From Balanoglossus misakiensis (taxonomy: Eukaryota > Animalia > Hemichordata): a stretch of 64,000 nt of DNA. Each line of letters opens with the position of its first letter. The first letter of the stretch is position 1. The position numbers and the translations under genes were made by a program. Where the stretch lies: assembly GCA_040954595.2 (NCBI GenBank), contig CM082583.2, positions 2,118,925 through 2,182,924 on the forward strand, read 5' to 3'. Under the pieces are notes generated by a model. The model searched no databases. It was not told where the DNA came from and saw only the letters and a list, made by a program, of their open reading frames with translations. This document shows positions 25,499 through 38,038 of the stretch, one piece after another.

Positions 25499-27412
25499 AT
25501 GGTCGGATTGAGCGGTACTATTTTGCTGATGTTTTTTTTTGCGAACGAAGGTGTGATGAAGGGACCGATATTAATAATCCCCCCGGAAGTTGTGTCTGAT
25601 TCGCAGATGAAAGGCGATCAAAGTACCACGTTTGCATTACTATATCCCCCATTATACGTTTCTAAGGATAATGAAGAATTGCTTAAAGTAAGTTTTCAAC
25701 CCCAAACCCATACACCCCCACGCTAAAATAGTTCAACCGATATTTCGCTATCCTCTTATTTGTTTGGACAACCTCGGCGCGGATGCGGTATATGACTTGG
25801 TATTAGCGTTGCGTAACAGCTGTATTACAGATTTCAAAAACGCTTGGGCTTTTTCAAATACACAAATACTGTTGATTTTTGAGTTTCCATACAAAGAACT
25901 AAATAGTTCTCAAATGTTCACTCATGCAGATGCCACGGATCAAAGGCAAAGTATACGCCTTTATTATGACAATGTGTATTGGCTAATATAGGCAAACCTT
26001 CAATAGTGTGTCATCAGCTTTTTGCGATGAAAACAAATCGTTCAAAATAAAAGACATTATCTTTGTTTAAGAGCAGCAAACGGCGAAGAGGTCCACATAA
26101 ACAAAACACAGCGACCCGGCGTTGTGGCACAGGCGTCGTGCGTGAGATTATTGAAATTGGAAGATTATTTTTTTAATACATATTCCCTGACACAAAAAGA
26201 TTAATAAAGGTAGTACTACAGTGAATATGACATATGATAGGTTAAATAGCACAGTATGACAGGAGCGGAGCTTCCTCTGTTTTTCCGATTCTAGCCTATA
26301 GCTTGTCGAATTCGTGGATTTTCACATTTTTTGCGAAAGTGTTCAGACTGATTTGTTTTGTATAAGCATACGGTCACGAGCACACTCAGCCACGCCCAAA
26401 TGGGCATGGAAGTAGAGATGACGTTGTGTATACATGTCCAATTACTGATATATGCAATACTTGACAACTACTTAAGGATTCTGTTTCAGATAAATTTAGC
26501 CAGGATAAACATTGTGATTGACTTCACTCCACACACAAACCCGTTTGGTTCAGTTGGTCTGTTTGATCTGTGGATGAATCGCTGGCCAAAACATTCATCA
26601 TTTTCAACGTAAAAGAAACGATTGACAAATATTTATATTAAATAGAGATATCATGATGATAAACATCATATACAAACATGTATCGAATAAATCTGGATGA
26701 AGTCCGACGTGGCGTGTGGGTCTTTCCGAACAGCTTACACCATTTTGTAGATCACAAATAAAAAAGTTCAGGTGACCAGGAATATTCGAACATTTTAAAC
26801 AAAATATATCATCAAAAGGAATCTATTCCGAATAAGGAGGGATTCAACCTAGTGTCGCCTTAACATTTAAAGTGTTAATAATGCAAAATTCTGAGATTAA
26901 TAAATAATATGTACTGAAGTGGAATTGCATCGGCACATCATCTAAATCATTCACCCAATTCTGTCGTTTCTTGAACTTGACTGTGACCTTGTGCGGGGTC
27001 GTCCTCCATTGGTTTAATCCTCCAACGGTCCGATCGCTCAGGGCGTCGTGGAGCTGTGATGTCGTAAGACAGCGAAGAGTTGCCAGAAATGGTTGCCAGG
27101 GGCGACGGGATGCAACTGCGACACACACAAGAGCGACCCAGTCTTGTGGCACGGCAGAGCTGAGTCAGTCGCGATCTCATCGCGTGATTTCGGAAGACAT
27201 ACAGGTACGGGCTTACGGCGCATGAGCAGAACGCCATCCACGTGGCAAACGTCTCCCACCCATGCAGGCGGGATCAGGAGGGGGTCCGTGGAAAACGATT
27301 TTATCATTATCAGAACGAAGTACGCCGTCCAGCAAAACGCAAACGTGAAATCAAGGATGATGGCAGTTTTTGCCGCTTTCCACTCGTTCTTCATTTTCCG
27401 ATAAATGGTTAA

Positions 27413-27596
27413 AGGTATACGGTCACCTCCAATTTACATATCGCCATATATAGCTGAAATGGCGTATTTGAGTGTTCAAAAGAACGTATGGTGGCGCTCT
27501 ATTTTTCGCGTGTGCCACCCACAGAAAATCTGTGATTGGTTAGATCTCAATTACCATGGTAACTATAGCTAAATTTGCATAGGTGACCGTATACCT
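27413..27596. mobile_element. Kolobok-type MITE, TIR AGGTATACGGTCACCT, TSD TTAA; related copy at ~50860-51029
   Basis: TTAA at 27409-27412 and 27597-27600; lies in the GPCR third intracellular loop region. Confidence 0.85.
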
Positions 27597-28295
27597 TTAA
27601 ATATTGAACACTTATGGCGTCCATGTTACTACGGTTACCCTCACGCCGGCTGGAGGGCGGAGACGACACACTTTCCGCCCTCGGTTTATTCTTCCCTTTT
27701 CTTTTAATCACTCTGCGAACCATGACAACAACGCGGACATACACGAACACCATGACAACCAAGGGAACTGCATAACAACACAAAAAGTAGAAAAGTGTGT
27801 AGAGTCTTTCCACCGGATCTGTAATTTTCCGATTCACCGTACAGGTGTACTTTTGGGGGTGGGGGTTGTAGACGATACAGTTCCACCCGAGCAGCGGGAG
27901 CAAAGCGATTAACAGACCGGTGATCCAAGCGGCGGCTATCGTGCCTATACGCATCTCTCCGGGGTGATCAGGGACGGGTAACGCAGGGGCGAGATTATCG
28001 CGCAGTAGCGATCGACGCTGATGGCGAGTAGCGTCAGAATCTCCACGGCGTAGAGCAAGAGTTGGGCGACGCCCGTGAACTGGCACCAGAATTCACCGAA
28101 GTGCCACGCGTTGGCGATGCACGACATGATGGCGAACGGCATTACAAGGACGCCGATCAAGAAGCTGGAAACAACGAGATTCGGGACGAATCTGTTGGAG
28201 ACGGTCAGCAGCGACCTCTTGGAGCAGAAGAGAGCGAAAACCAGACAGGAGCCGATGACCGTGGCCAGAAATATCGCCGACAAGGTTGTTGTTTG

Positions 28296-29151
28296 GGGAG
28301 CATTCGTTTTTTACAGGGAGGGGGGGGCCGGTGGAAATCAGGGGGGGTTTACTTTTACAAAGCAGTTTTTAGGGGGGGACAAATTTTATAATCAAGGGAT
28401 TATTATATAGGGACTGAAAGGGGGGACTTGAAAACTTTGACGGCTAAATATTTATTTTGAGTCCACAAAAATGCAGTTTCGCGTCCTTTATTTTACAAAA
28501 TTTTCTAATGTGGGAGGGGGACACCCCCTCCCACACCCACCCCCTCCATTCATCAACACCTTTCAATCATTGACTGGTTTATCTAGTGTCCCAGGTCAGG
28601 GGACTTGCCCCCACCCCATGATAACTTTGAGCGGCGACGTTAATTTGCTTTTGCTGGGTTCATTAAAATGCAGCTTTGAGCTCTGTATTTTATAAAATTT
28701 TCTTACGTGGGAGGGGGACACCCCCTCCCAAACCCACCCCCTTCAATTCTCGGTTTACAATGTCTCCCAACACAGAATACAAATACTTAAAAAATAAAAA
28801 CAATGTTCAGTAGACATGTACATGAACAGACATAAATTGACAACAGAGAAAAAGATGCTGAAAAAAGACAAACTGAAAATAGTTGAAGCGCACATTGGCC
28901 GGAAACTGTGTCAAACAACTCTGGAATGTCTCAGAGTAAACCATGAGAGAGACAAAGAGGAGGATGAGCAGGAGGATGAAGAGGATGACTTGGACGAGGA
29001 CAGTTAACCAGAAGATGAACATGTTTTTTTTTGGGGGGGGGGTCACATTTTAGAAAAGTAATTTCCAGGGGGGGTTGCCTTTTACATTTAGTCGGCGACT
29101 CAAATTCCACCGCCCCCCCCCCCCCCCTCCCTGTAAAAAACGAATGCTCCC
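28296..29151. mobile_element. PIF/Harbinger-type MITE, TIR GGGAGCATTCGTTTTTTACAGGGAGGGG, TSD TTG
   Basis: TTG at 28293-28295 and 29152-29154; removal restores GLQ|TTTLSAIF. Confidence 0.88.
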
Positions 29152-29349
29152 TTGTAGACCCGTGTATGGTTCAAACACAGGGATGGTCGCGTTCAGGGAT
29201 ATGGTATCGTTCAGTGTAACGGCCATCGCGTCGACGCACATATCAAATATGGCATCCGAACGGATCAGAGATACAGTCAGCAATTTCTTATCAGTCCAGC
29301 GACGAGAATCAGCTAAGTATTTGGTGTAGAAGATTTATCAGGCAGACTA

Positions 29350-31998
29350 GAATGAAAAAGGTTTCTACACGGGTAAAGAGCTTATTATCTTGGGCGATTT
29401 CAATATTGACTTGTTCGCTCCCGATGGTCTTAATCACTATATTTATCAATCCTTACGTGATATGAACTTAGATCAAATAATCTCTGAGACAACCAGGCCA
29501 GTTTCAAAAACTTGTATTGACCACATCTATGTCTCAAACAATGAAAATATTGCTAACGTTCAAATTCCTCAGATTGGTATGTCTGATCACTACCCTATTA
29601 TATGCGTTCGCAAAAGGAATTCTAATGTTACACGTGTCTCATCTCATTTGTCTGTTAAATTTCGCACACTGACGCATTTTAAGCAAGACTCATTTATCTA
29701 TGACCTTGCACATGCGCCATGGTCTCTTATTAATCTGACGAGTAATGTAAATGTTGCTACCAGATTTGCAATATACATGCTCCTTATATTGAAAAGCGTG
29801 TCAAACAAAGAAAACAGCCAGCATGGATGAATCAGCACATTTTGAATGCTATGCATGAGAGAGATTCTCTGTTAAAACAAGCCAAAGGGGACATTACTAA
29901 GCTGGGTCCTTATAGACTTGCAAGAAATAAAGTTGTCCATCTGATCGGCAAAGCTAAAAGGGACTACTTTATCAATGAGCTCAACAGTAATGGTTCAAAT
30001 TGTAAGGCCGTCTGGAACATTTAAATAATCTCACGAAACCCAGAGATCAAAAACATACTCCGATGGAGGTGGATGGCACTCTTATCACTGATTCTACTGT
30101 CCTTGCAAATGCTTTTAATAATTATTTCTGTAACATTCCTAAAAAACTCAACGTTTCTGTCGATAACAATCTCGACTTTTCTATTTTGACAGAGTATCTC
30201 AATGAGAAACTTGACGGATCCTCTTTCGTTATTCCTACTCTTTCTGTTGACTTTGTAAAGAAAGCTTTATCTGATTGTAAATCTACAGGCATCGATAATG
30301 TTAGCGCAAAACTGCTGCGCATAGGTGCTTCGGTAATTTCTGATTCTTTGACAAAGGTGTTGAATTTAAGTATTAACAGTGCCTGATATTATAAAATGCG
30401 CAAGAGTTATTCCTATTTACAAAGGATCGGGCTGCGTTACCGAAATGTCCAATTACAGACCGATTTCAATCTTACCTGCTGTTTCCAAAGTTATTGAAAG
30501 TCATGAACATTGTAGTTTTTACGAGTTTTTGTCTAGAAAGGATTTGCTTCATAGAACTCAATCTGGTTTCAGAAGACACCACCCCTGTCAAACAGCATTA
30601 ATAAGAATGTGTGACGAATTATTAGAAAATGTTGACAATGGTCTAATCTCTGGTATTCTTTTTTTTGGATTTGTCAAAAGCTTTTGATCTAGTTGATCAT
30701 CAAGTCCTTCTTAAAAAATTATCTTTATATGGTCTAGAAATTAATGGGTTAAACTGATTTCAATCGTTTTTATCAAATCGTTCTCAAGTAGTTACTTACA
30801 TGGGTAAAATTTCGAATGTTCAAAAGGTGACTGTAGGTGTGCCTCAGGGATCTTTGTTGGGACCACTACTGTTTACTATTTTTATCAATGATTTACCATT
30901 TACTTTGTATAACTCGCAACTTGATATGTACGCTGACGATCAAACCCTTCTTACCTCAGGATTTTCTGTTTCGCATGTAAATGATTCCCTTCAAAATGAT
31001 GTAATGTTGTCAAGTAACTGGATTCGAAGTAATGGAATGATCATAAATGAGGGCAAAACGAAAGCTATGTTAGTCGGATCTCGTCAAGAAATAAAAGACT
31101 CTGACATTTCCGGTGAACAATTGGACATCTCCATAAATGACAAACGGATCTCATGTGTCACCTCTGAAAAGATACTGGGTTTAATCTTAGACAATTTTAT
31201 TTCATGGGATAAACATATTGATAATTTGTGTCTTACTTTGAGTCGGAGAGTTGGACTACTTAGGCGCCTTTGTAAATTCATACCTTTACACCTCAGAAAA
31301 GTTTTATATTACGGTTTGATTCAATCTGTCATTGACTACTGCACTATTGTGTGGGGAAATACGACTTCTAAAAATATAGATAAGGTTTATAAATTGCAGA
31401 AGCGTGCCTTAAGAGTAATACTTAATGCTGATTTTGATACCCCAACTGATGTACTTTTTGAAAGATTCGATGTGCTATCTGTTAGACAACGTATTTTTTA
31501 CTTTACTTGTATTATGGTGTACAAATGTTTCAACAACTCTGCTCCTAGCTATCTTATAGAACAAATTGTTACACTGAATGACGCCCATGGTTACCAGACA
31601 CGAGGAGCCTCAACTCGCAAATTATGATTGCCTCGATTTCGAACTGAAACAGGTCAAAGAACGTTTGCTATGCGTGCTGCTACAGCTTGGAACTCTCTAC
31701 CTGACATTGTTAGATGCAGTACCAACATAAATAATTTCAAATCTCTGTTGAACTCTTACATCAGAACCACTTTAAGCAGATAGACGACCTCACAGTTTTA
31801 GAAACTTCTACTTGTAGTCACCACTTTTATAAGTTTTACTTTTACTATTTGTACTTTTCTGTTTTAAACTTTTCATTTTTATACTTTATGGTAGGACCCC
31901 ATGGTAGATTACAACCTTATAGGGGTCTCTACCCCTGTTTAAGTATTGTAAATGGGAAATCCTTTAATGTGTAAATAAAATATTAAATAAATAAATAA
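29350..31998 (+). mobile_element. 5'-truncated CR1/L2-group non-LTR retrotransposon (APE remnant + RT), degenerate
   Basis: Endonuclease motifs GDFN, CIDHIY and SDHYPI; RT motifs NYRPISILP, QSGFR, GVPQGSLLGP and YADD; several frameshifts and stops; (TAAA)n 3' tail. Confidence 0.93.
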
Positions 31999-33240
31999 CC
32001 TCTCCAAAGCGAACATGCAGTCTTTACGGCCGGCTTGTCTCTCTCAAAGATCCAACAGTGAAGAATAAAATAAAATTCACGGAAAGACGTCCACGTGTAC
32101 TTTTTTTCCAGTTTCAAAGCGTTGCTAATGGTTACCGTGATGACGACCACGCGCTCGGGAAGAAGTCAGACCGGTGAAGAAATCGGAGACAAGTAGAAAT
32201 CCGTCGTTTGTGATGATAAGTATTTGTCGTTACTCATTTTTTATGAAGAATGATTATCAAGGGAAAACACATCCCATTTGTGCATGCAACGAGTTCTTAG
32301 GCCAATATTTACATCGAATCACATGTAATATATGTACAATCTCAGGAGGCGAACAGAGTAATAAAATATGGCAATCTTCGCGTATTCGATAAAAGTTGGG
32401 CACCGACGAGTTTACTTCCACGTATACAGGCCGTTCGTGGTCTGCCCGATGAGTGTGCACACGAACCGGGAACGTTTGTCGATGCCCGCCCAGAAACAAC
32501 ACATAATTCAAAATCTTCCCTTCAAACGTGTTTGTTTTCGACGGCTAACACGAACGTATCGTCACACATCCTTGTCATGGATGGTCTTATATGTCATGCT
32601 CGACTATTGCCTCGGCAACGCAGTGAAAATTTTTCTACCGGCTTTGGGATACAGTCTTTTTCGGTCTGTGTGTCTGAAAGCATGTCTGTGTCTCTCTGTT
32701 GTGTCGTTTATCACTCTGTCTACTCTGTCTTTCCGCACCCATCGTGAATCTCATTTTCTCACTCAATGAATACCAATCGTTTCAGATAGGGGTATACCCC
32801 CGTGTCAATCAAATCCAAACAAGAAAATGTTAAAATAAACGTTGTCCCATATAAATCTCAACATTCCACAATGTTGGTGTTGCTGCTTAGAAACCTGTAG
32901 CCCCTATAAGTAATATCAACACTCCGGTTGATTTCAGGTAAAAATCCCCGCCACTAATATAAACTGAGCACATTATGACAGAAAATTACCTGTTGCCATA
33001 TTGGCGATAAGTCGAGTGGATTTCATGGCATCATAACTGGTGATGAATAACTGTTTTCAAAGAGGGCTGCCTGTACATCCTCGATTGATTGTTTATCTCT
33101 CTGCAGCTGTCCATGAGAGAGGTGATGAAAGTCCAACACTAAGTGTTCAATTCACTCTCATAGTTTTCGATGAGAGAACATAAATCGGCCTAGTTGCGAT
33201 AATTGTAGCGGGTGCTGCCAGGTGTTCGCAGCACCAATCA

Positions 33241-34550
33241 AGTTCAGGGGCCCGTTTTACCACTGCCAGCAGTGGTAAAACAGTATTTTACCATAGCTCT
33301 CGTCCAATCAGAATCACGGACGGTAGCATGATATAATATAATAATATCTATACACTTTATTGTTCCATGACGCTCACGTACGTACACAGGGCAGATCAGT
33401 TGCGGGCGCGCACGCATGCGTAGACATCGCAGCACCAATCAACCTAGCAGCACCCGCCACAATTATTGCAGCTAAAATCGGCCAGACTCTTTTCACTGCC
33501 AAAATGTGTTTTGATAACTCTCAAAAATGGCGTTTTCTGTGAAATCGGAGGCATGAAACGTTGAAAACGTATACATGCGATGGTAAACTTGGCACGCTGT
33601 AGTAAAACACTGGTCAACGCATCGACTGGTCTCGCTTTCGTTAATGCTGCGGCGCACTGTGCATTACGAGGTGTGGACGAAGTCCCTCAATGTACGGTAC
33701 CGTCCATGGTCACGTGGTCAAGGTAACCATGGAGTCACCACACGCGGAGTTGTCTTATCTCGTACTTCGGATACTTTTAATATAGCACTACGACTCGCCT
33801 CAACTTCCATCGGGTAAAAGAAAGATAAACTTGACCTTGGGTATATTGCTGTGCCACGGTTAGACCTACAGTGCAGTGCCCGGTACTCACAACCACCTAT
33901 TTAGCATATTTGTTAATCATTCGCCGCCATGGCATTGTCACATGTGTCATAGTTATTCCACGTGGCAGCTCCAATGTCACATCCTCGATAGTATAGTGGT
34001 GAGTATCTCCGCCTGTCACGGGGTTCAATTCCCCGTCGGGGAGTATTTTTTTATTAACAAAATCTATATTTGATATTTATATGAAATGACCGTAAAAAGG
34101 TTAATTGGCTTTTAATTTTCGAGTTTTGGCTTGTTTTAGTCCGATTTTCTGCTCAGCCATGCACAAAAGCGACCCCCAATTACACCACGCGTACGGCCTC
34201 CACCACACAGACATGTAAGCAGCAAGCTTATGTTTGTTTCGATTAAAAATACTCCCTCATTTTTACACCACTTTCCTGTCCCATTTCTATCACAGTTGAT
34301 CCCAGACGCGTTTCCTGGCAACAGGCCATAGACTGGCAACCGAGGAGGTTGACGCGAAAGAATATGGCGGCATCTATCGACATCAATGGAAACATCCTGG
34401 TCTGGAATCCGGACTCGCGTGTCTTTTTTGCAAACCCTTCGTTATGTACCGTCATAGGAAAGAGTCTTGAGGAGATACTAGTATATAATCAGACATCTAC
34501 GGAAATTAAGACGCCACCACTGACATACCAAGATATATATTCAATCAATA
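33241..34550 (+). repeat. Left arm of a ~1.3-kb near-identical inverted repeat
   Basis: Reverse complement of 38039-39358; mirrored ORFs appear in the ORF track. Confidence 0.97.
33982..34043 (+). pseudogene. tRNA-Asp(GTC) pseudogene with a 10-nt deletion (3' anticodon stem and variable loop)
   Basis: Identical to the 38546-38617 copy except for loss of cggaagaccg. Confidence 0.9.
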
Positions 34551-35161
34551 CTGTTCGTTTTAAAATGGACGCTGCCATCACACCTTCCCTGCCTTATTGA
34601 GTGCCGCCGATGTGCACAGAAATGAGTAGCCACTCGGCCACCAACTAAGATGATTAAGGCCTCATCACCTATTTCTTTTTAGAGGCTAGGGTATACTAGA
34701 TTCTATGACAGTCGCTGCGCCTGTCGATAAGAAATGGAACTTTCCTACACAGCACAGCACAGTCCAGCCACTTCTTGTGTCGATCGTGCGAATGGGTGGC
34801 TCAATTTAAGACACCGCATTGTTGTTTCTTTATCTTTTATTTATTTATTTGTGTGTTTTCTTATTTGTTGCCCCGAAAAGAACGCCTACTTCGCCTGTGA
34901 TAGCATTCTGCGACTCATATAAACGTCGTAGTATTTTGACAGATATAACATAATTTTCACCGTACATATACCAAAAGTCTTGCTCCAAGACTGTTTGATA
35001 CTGAACGTCCTGTGGACGCGACGCTAATCAACAGTTGCTCACTTTGCCTGGCGGCGCGTCATACCCACAATGCAATTGTAATGTGATTTGACCCCCTAGC
35101 ACAAAGTAACGACATATTTAAGGTACTAGAAAGAAACTAGCACTTATTCATTTTTTTTCAG

Positions 35162-37940
35162 ATTTGGACGACTGCGCGGGCTTATTGGGTCACTCTTAAT
35201 AATGCAAGCGATTGGCATCATCATGATATTTTCGCCTAACTACGTATTTTTCGCGGCATGTTACTTCTTGCTTTTCATCGTAGTATACTCTACCTCTCTT
35301 GCTGGATTTGTGTTGGGTAAGAACGATTTCCAATAATTCAGTTTAATCAGACATTTTATATCTGGCATCAACTGGAAACGGTTCGGGAAATAATGTTAAT
35401 TTAGCAGTGTGTTGCCCTACTAGACCGTGACACAAAAAATGAAATTCAGTGGTAGAGATCTTCAACGTGACAATTTACAAAGTTGAAAAATAAATCAAGC
35501 ATTGTCACGCATGATTCCCTCTCTCGTATGTCGTACTCGATACATGGCAAGAAATGCCAGTCAAGATAAAGAACCGGTCGCTGAATTCTCATCTATCTGT
35601 CCATAGTCACTGAACACGTAGGACCCTCCAAGCGATCCCTGGCCGGTATGATTCAAGCCGCCTGTTACAGCGTCGGTTACATGCTGCTCAGCCTATTAGC
35701 ATACTTCATCCGTGAGTGGTGGAAGCTGCTGTTGGCCATTACTATTCCCAACGCCATATTCTTGGTGTATTGGTGGTAAGTGCGAGAACGGACTCTACTT
35801 CAGAGAAGATGTCGGATCTTCGTTACAGTCATACAAGCTTTGTTCATCAGAATTGTCGAATCGAATGAACGCTCTCCCTTGTTTCCATTTTTTCCAACAT
35901 GACGTGAACGGTGAGTGTGTGTGCGCGAGTATGTGTGCATGTGAACTACGTGTATACATGTATTCTGTTTTCTATGTACAGGATCATCTGTCTGTGGGCA
36001 AAAAGAAACAGGCCGAGGCAATCATACGTAAATCCGCCCGGGTGAACAAAGTGGAGGTCCCGGATGACCTCTTCGACGGGTCATGGCAACCAGAGCGTGG
36101 TGATGATAGCGAACAGGTAAATTATCACGGTGACTCTGACAAGTCTTTGTTCGTGTTCTAAGATATTGTTGGAAAATCATTATTAACATCTTTTGCTGCT
36201 TTCTTGTACAGAACTACAACAACAACACGACCGTTGCTGAAGCGGCACCGAGTATGTTGAGTTTATTGAGACTACCGAACATGAGAAAGAAGATACTCAT
36301 TTTGATTTTAAACTTGTAAGTGACTACTGTCAAGTGCATGCCTCTTTATTTTTTAAACTCAACGCTATGACTTCGTTTAGCCAGACAGTTTTTGATCGAA
36401 TAATCACAGACAACAATTTACTGTGGTGAACATGTAGTTGAAAACGCTGCTCTAAGATCTCCAATTTCCCCGGGTCTTTCTAGTACAATCATGTAGTTGA
36501 CATCAATCCTATGTCGATTTCGTTATAGCATAGCCAACAGTATGGTCTACTACGGTTTAAATCTGAACACGTCATCGCTGGGCGGCAGCGACTACCTCAA
36601 CGCGTTCATATCAGCCATCGTGGAAATCCCGGCTTTCTTGGTAGCAACCTATATACTTGAGATCCCCTTATTGGGACGTCGCTGGTCGCTGTTTCTGACG
36701 ATGTTGCTGAGCGGCTGTGGATGTATAGGGGCGGCCTTCGTGCCACAGTGTGAGTATTGCAATGTTAGACCAGATCCCAGTCTAATTTGGACGCCGACTT
36801 TCCCTTTTTTCTTCCAGAATGGCATATTTGGAACAAAATAACTTTACGTTGTCCATGATATAAATTATTTCGATCATAACTTCTTCATCAATGTATTATT
36901 AACAGGTGGAGATCTAACATGGTTACGTATAACTCTGGCTATGATTGGTACATGTAAATTTGGAATTTCGTCCTCGTTCGGCATAGTGTTGGTCTACTCG
37001 ACAGAATTGTTCCCAACACCTGTAAGGTAATCACAACATTTCTCTATGTCAGGCTACTAGAGGTCGTTCATTTTACCCGATGTGCAGCTGATGTGGTGTG
37101 GGTTAGCACATTGCCGAGTATTGGTACATATATCGCAATGATATCTCTTACAACAGTAATTCAATAGTGTCACTTCATTTTCGCGAGCCAGAGCCATCGG
37201 GGCCTACCTCCAGCCTGAGAAACTGTTGCCGTAAAGAGGTCGGATTTTACGACGATGTGTCACTTAGGTCGCCTCAGAGTCTTTGCTTTGGTCTATCGTG
37301 GCAGGTGTAGTATGTTAGCATGATACATGGTACTTGTAATACTATAATACTTTAAATGTCCGCAAGGAGGAGGATTACCGGGCCAGTTTTGCAGCTATAT
37401 ATATATATTGTAATGCTTTCTTTAGGTCCATGGGCATTGGGCTTTGCTGTATGTGCGCCTACCTCGGCGCGATAGTTTCTCCGCAAATCTTGCTTCTCAA
37501 GACACTGTGGCTGCCGCTACCACCTATTATCTTCGGCGTCACAGCCACCCTTGCCGGGACAATAGTTTTGCCTTTGCCGGAAACGAGAGGGCGAAAACTG
37601 CCGGAAACCATGGCGGAGGGAGAAAGGTTTGGGAAGTGAGTAAAAAAGCTTATGTCCGGTGTTATAATCACACGTCACATAGGTACAAACTCAAGTGGAA
37701 GACTGGGCACCTACCATATCACGGTGCAGGCATAGGAATGGTTATGATATATTTTGGGGCATTTTAAATGGAAATCTGTCTTTTAAAGTATCTTCTATAC
37801 TTGCTTTTCGTGTTTTAAAATCATATTTTTTTTCTTTCGACAGGAAACCCCGTCATGGTCAATACGAAGGGTATGGAGAGATACGAAAAATTGAAATGGT
37901 AAACAAAAGCCGTGACACTGAACTTGAAGCCAAAGAATAA
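35162..37940 (+). pseudogene. 5'-truncated SLC22 (organic cation transporter-like) gene, 8 exons: 35162-35316, 35607-35775, 35982-36116, 36212-36315, 36529-36749, 36906-37026, 37426-37635, 37844-37940
   Basis: Motifs FGR, TEHVGPSKR, AYFIREW, MVYYGLNLN, ELFPTPVR and LPETRG are present with canonical splice sites. The conserved PESPRWL motif is deleted with a frameshift in exon 3, and no N-terminal exons were found. Confidence 0.9.
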
Positions 37941-38038
37941 CACATGTTGATGTTTACGAATTCTTGATAATAAGAATGCAGTCTTGTTTATTGTTTAATA
38001 GACAACGATGTTGTTGTCCGGGTTAATACTGGTTCTTC

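Larger units (their letters stand above)
26947..29241 (-). pseudogene. Intronless class A GPCR pseudogene, GPR161/GPR101-like
   Basis: Reads LLTVSNRFVPNL..LVMPF..WHFGEFWC..AISVDRYCAIISPLRYP..LPLLGW..KAAKT..FAFCW..AVSPYLY. It has two frameshifts and two MITE insertions whose removal rejoins the frame. Confidence 0.88.

Noticed and set aside
28816-29007. Acidic 63-aa ORF inside a Harbinger MITE
   Set aside because: Short and low complexity; possibly a captured or transposase remnant but unassignable.
34136-34600. ORFs mirrored at 37995-38453 as duplicated protein genes
   Set aside because: They are by-products of the inverted repeat, with no recognisable domain.
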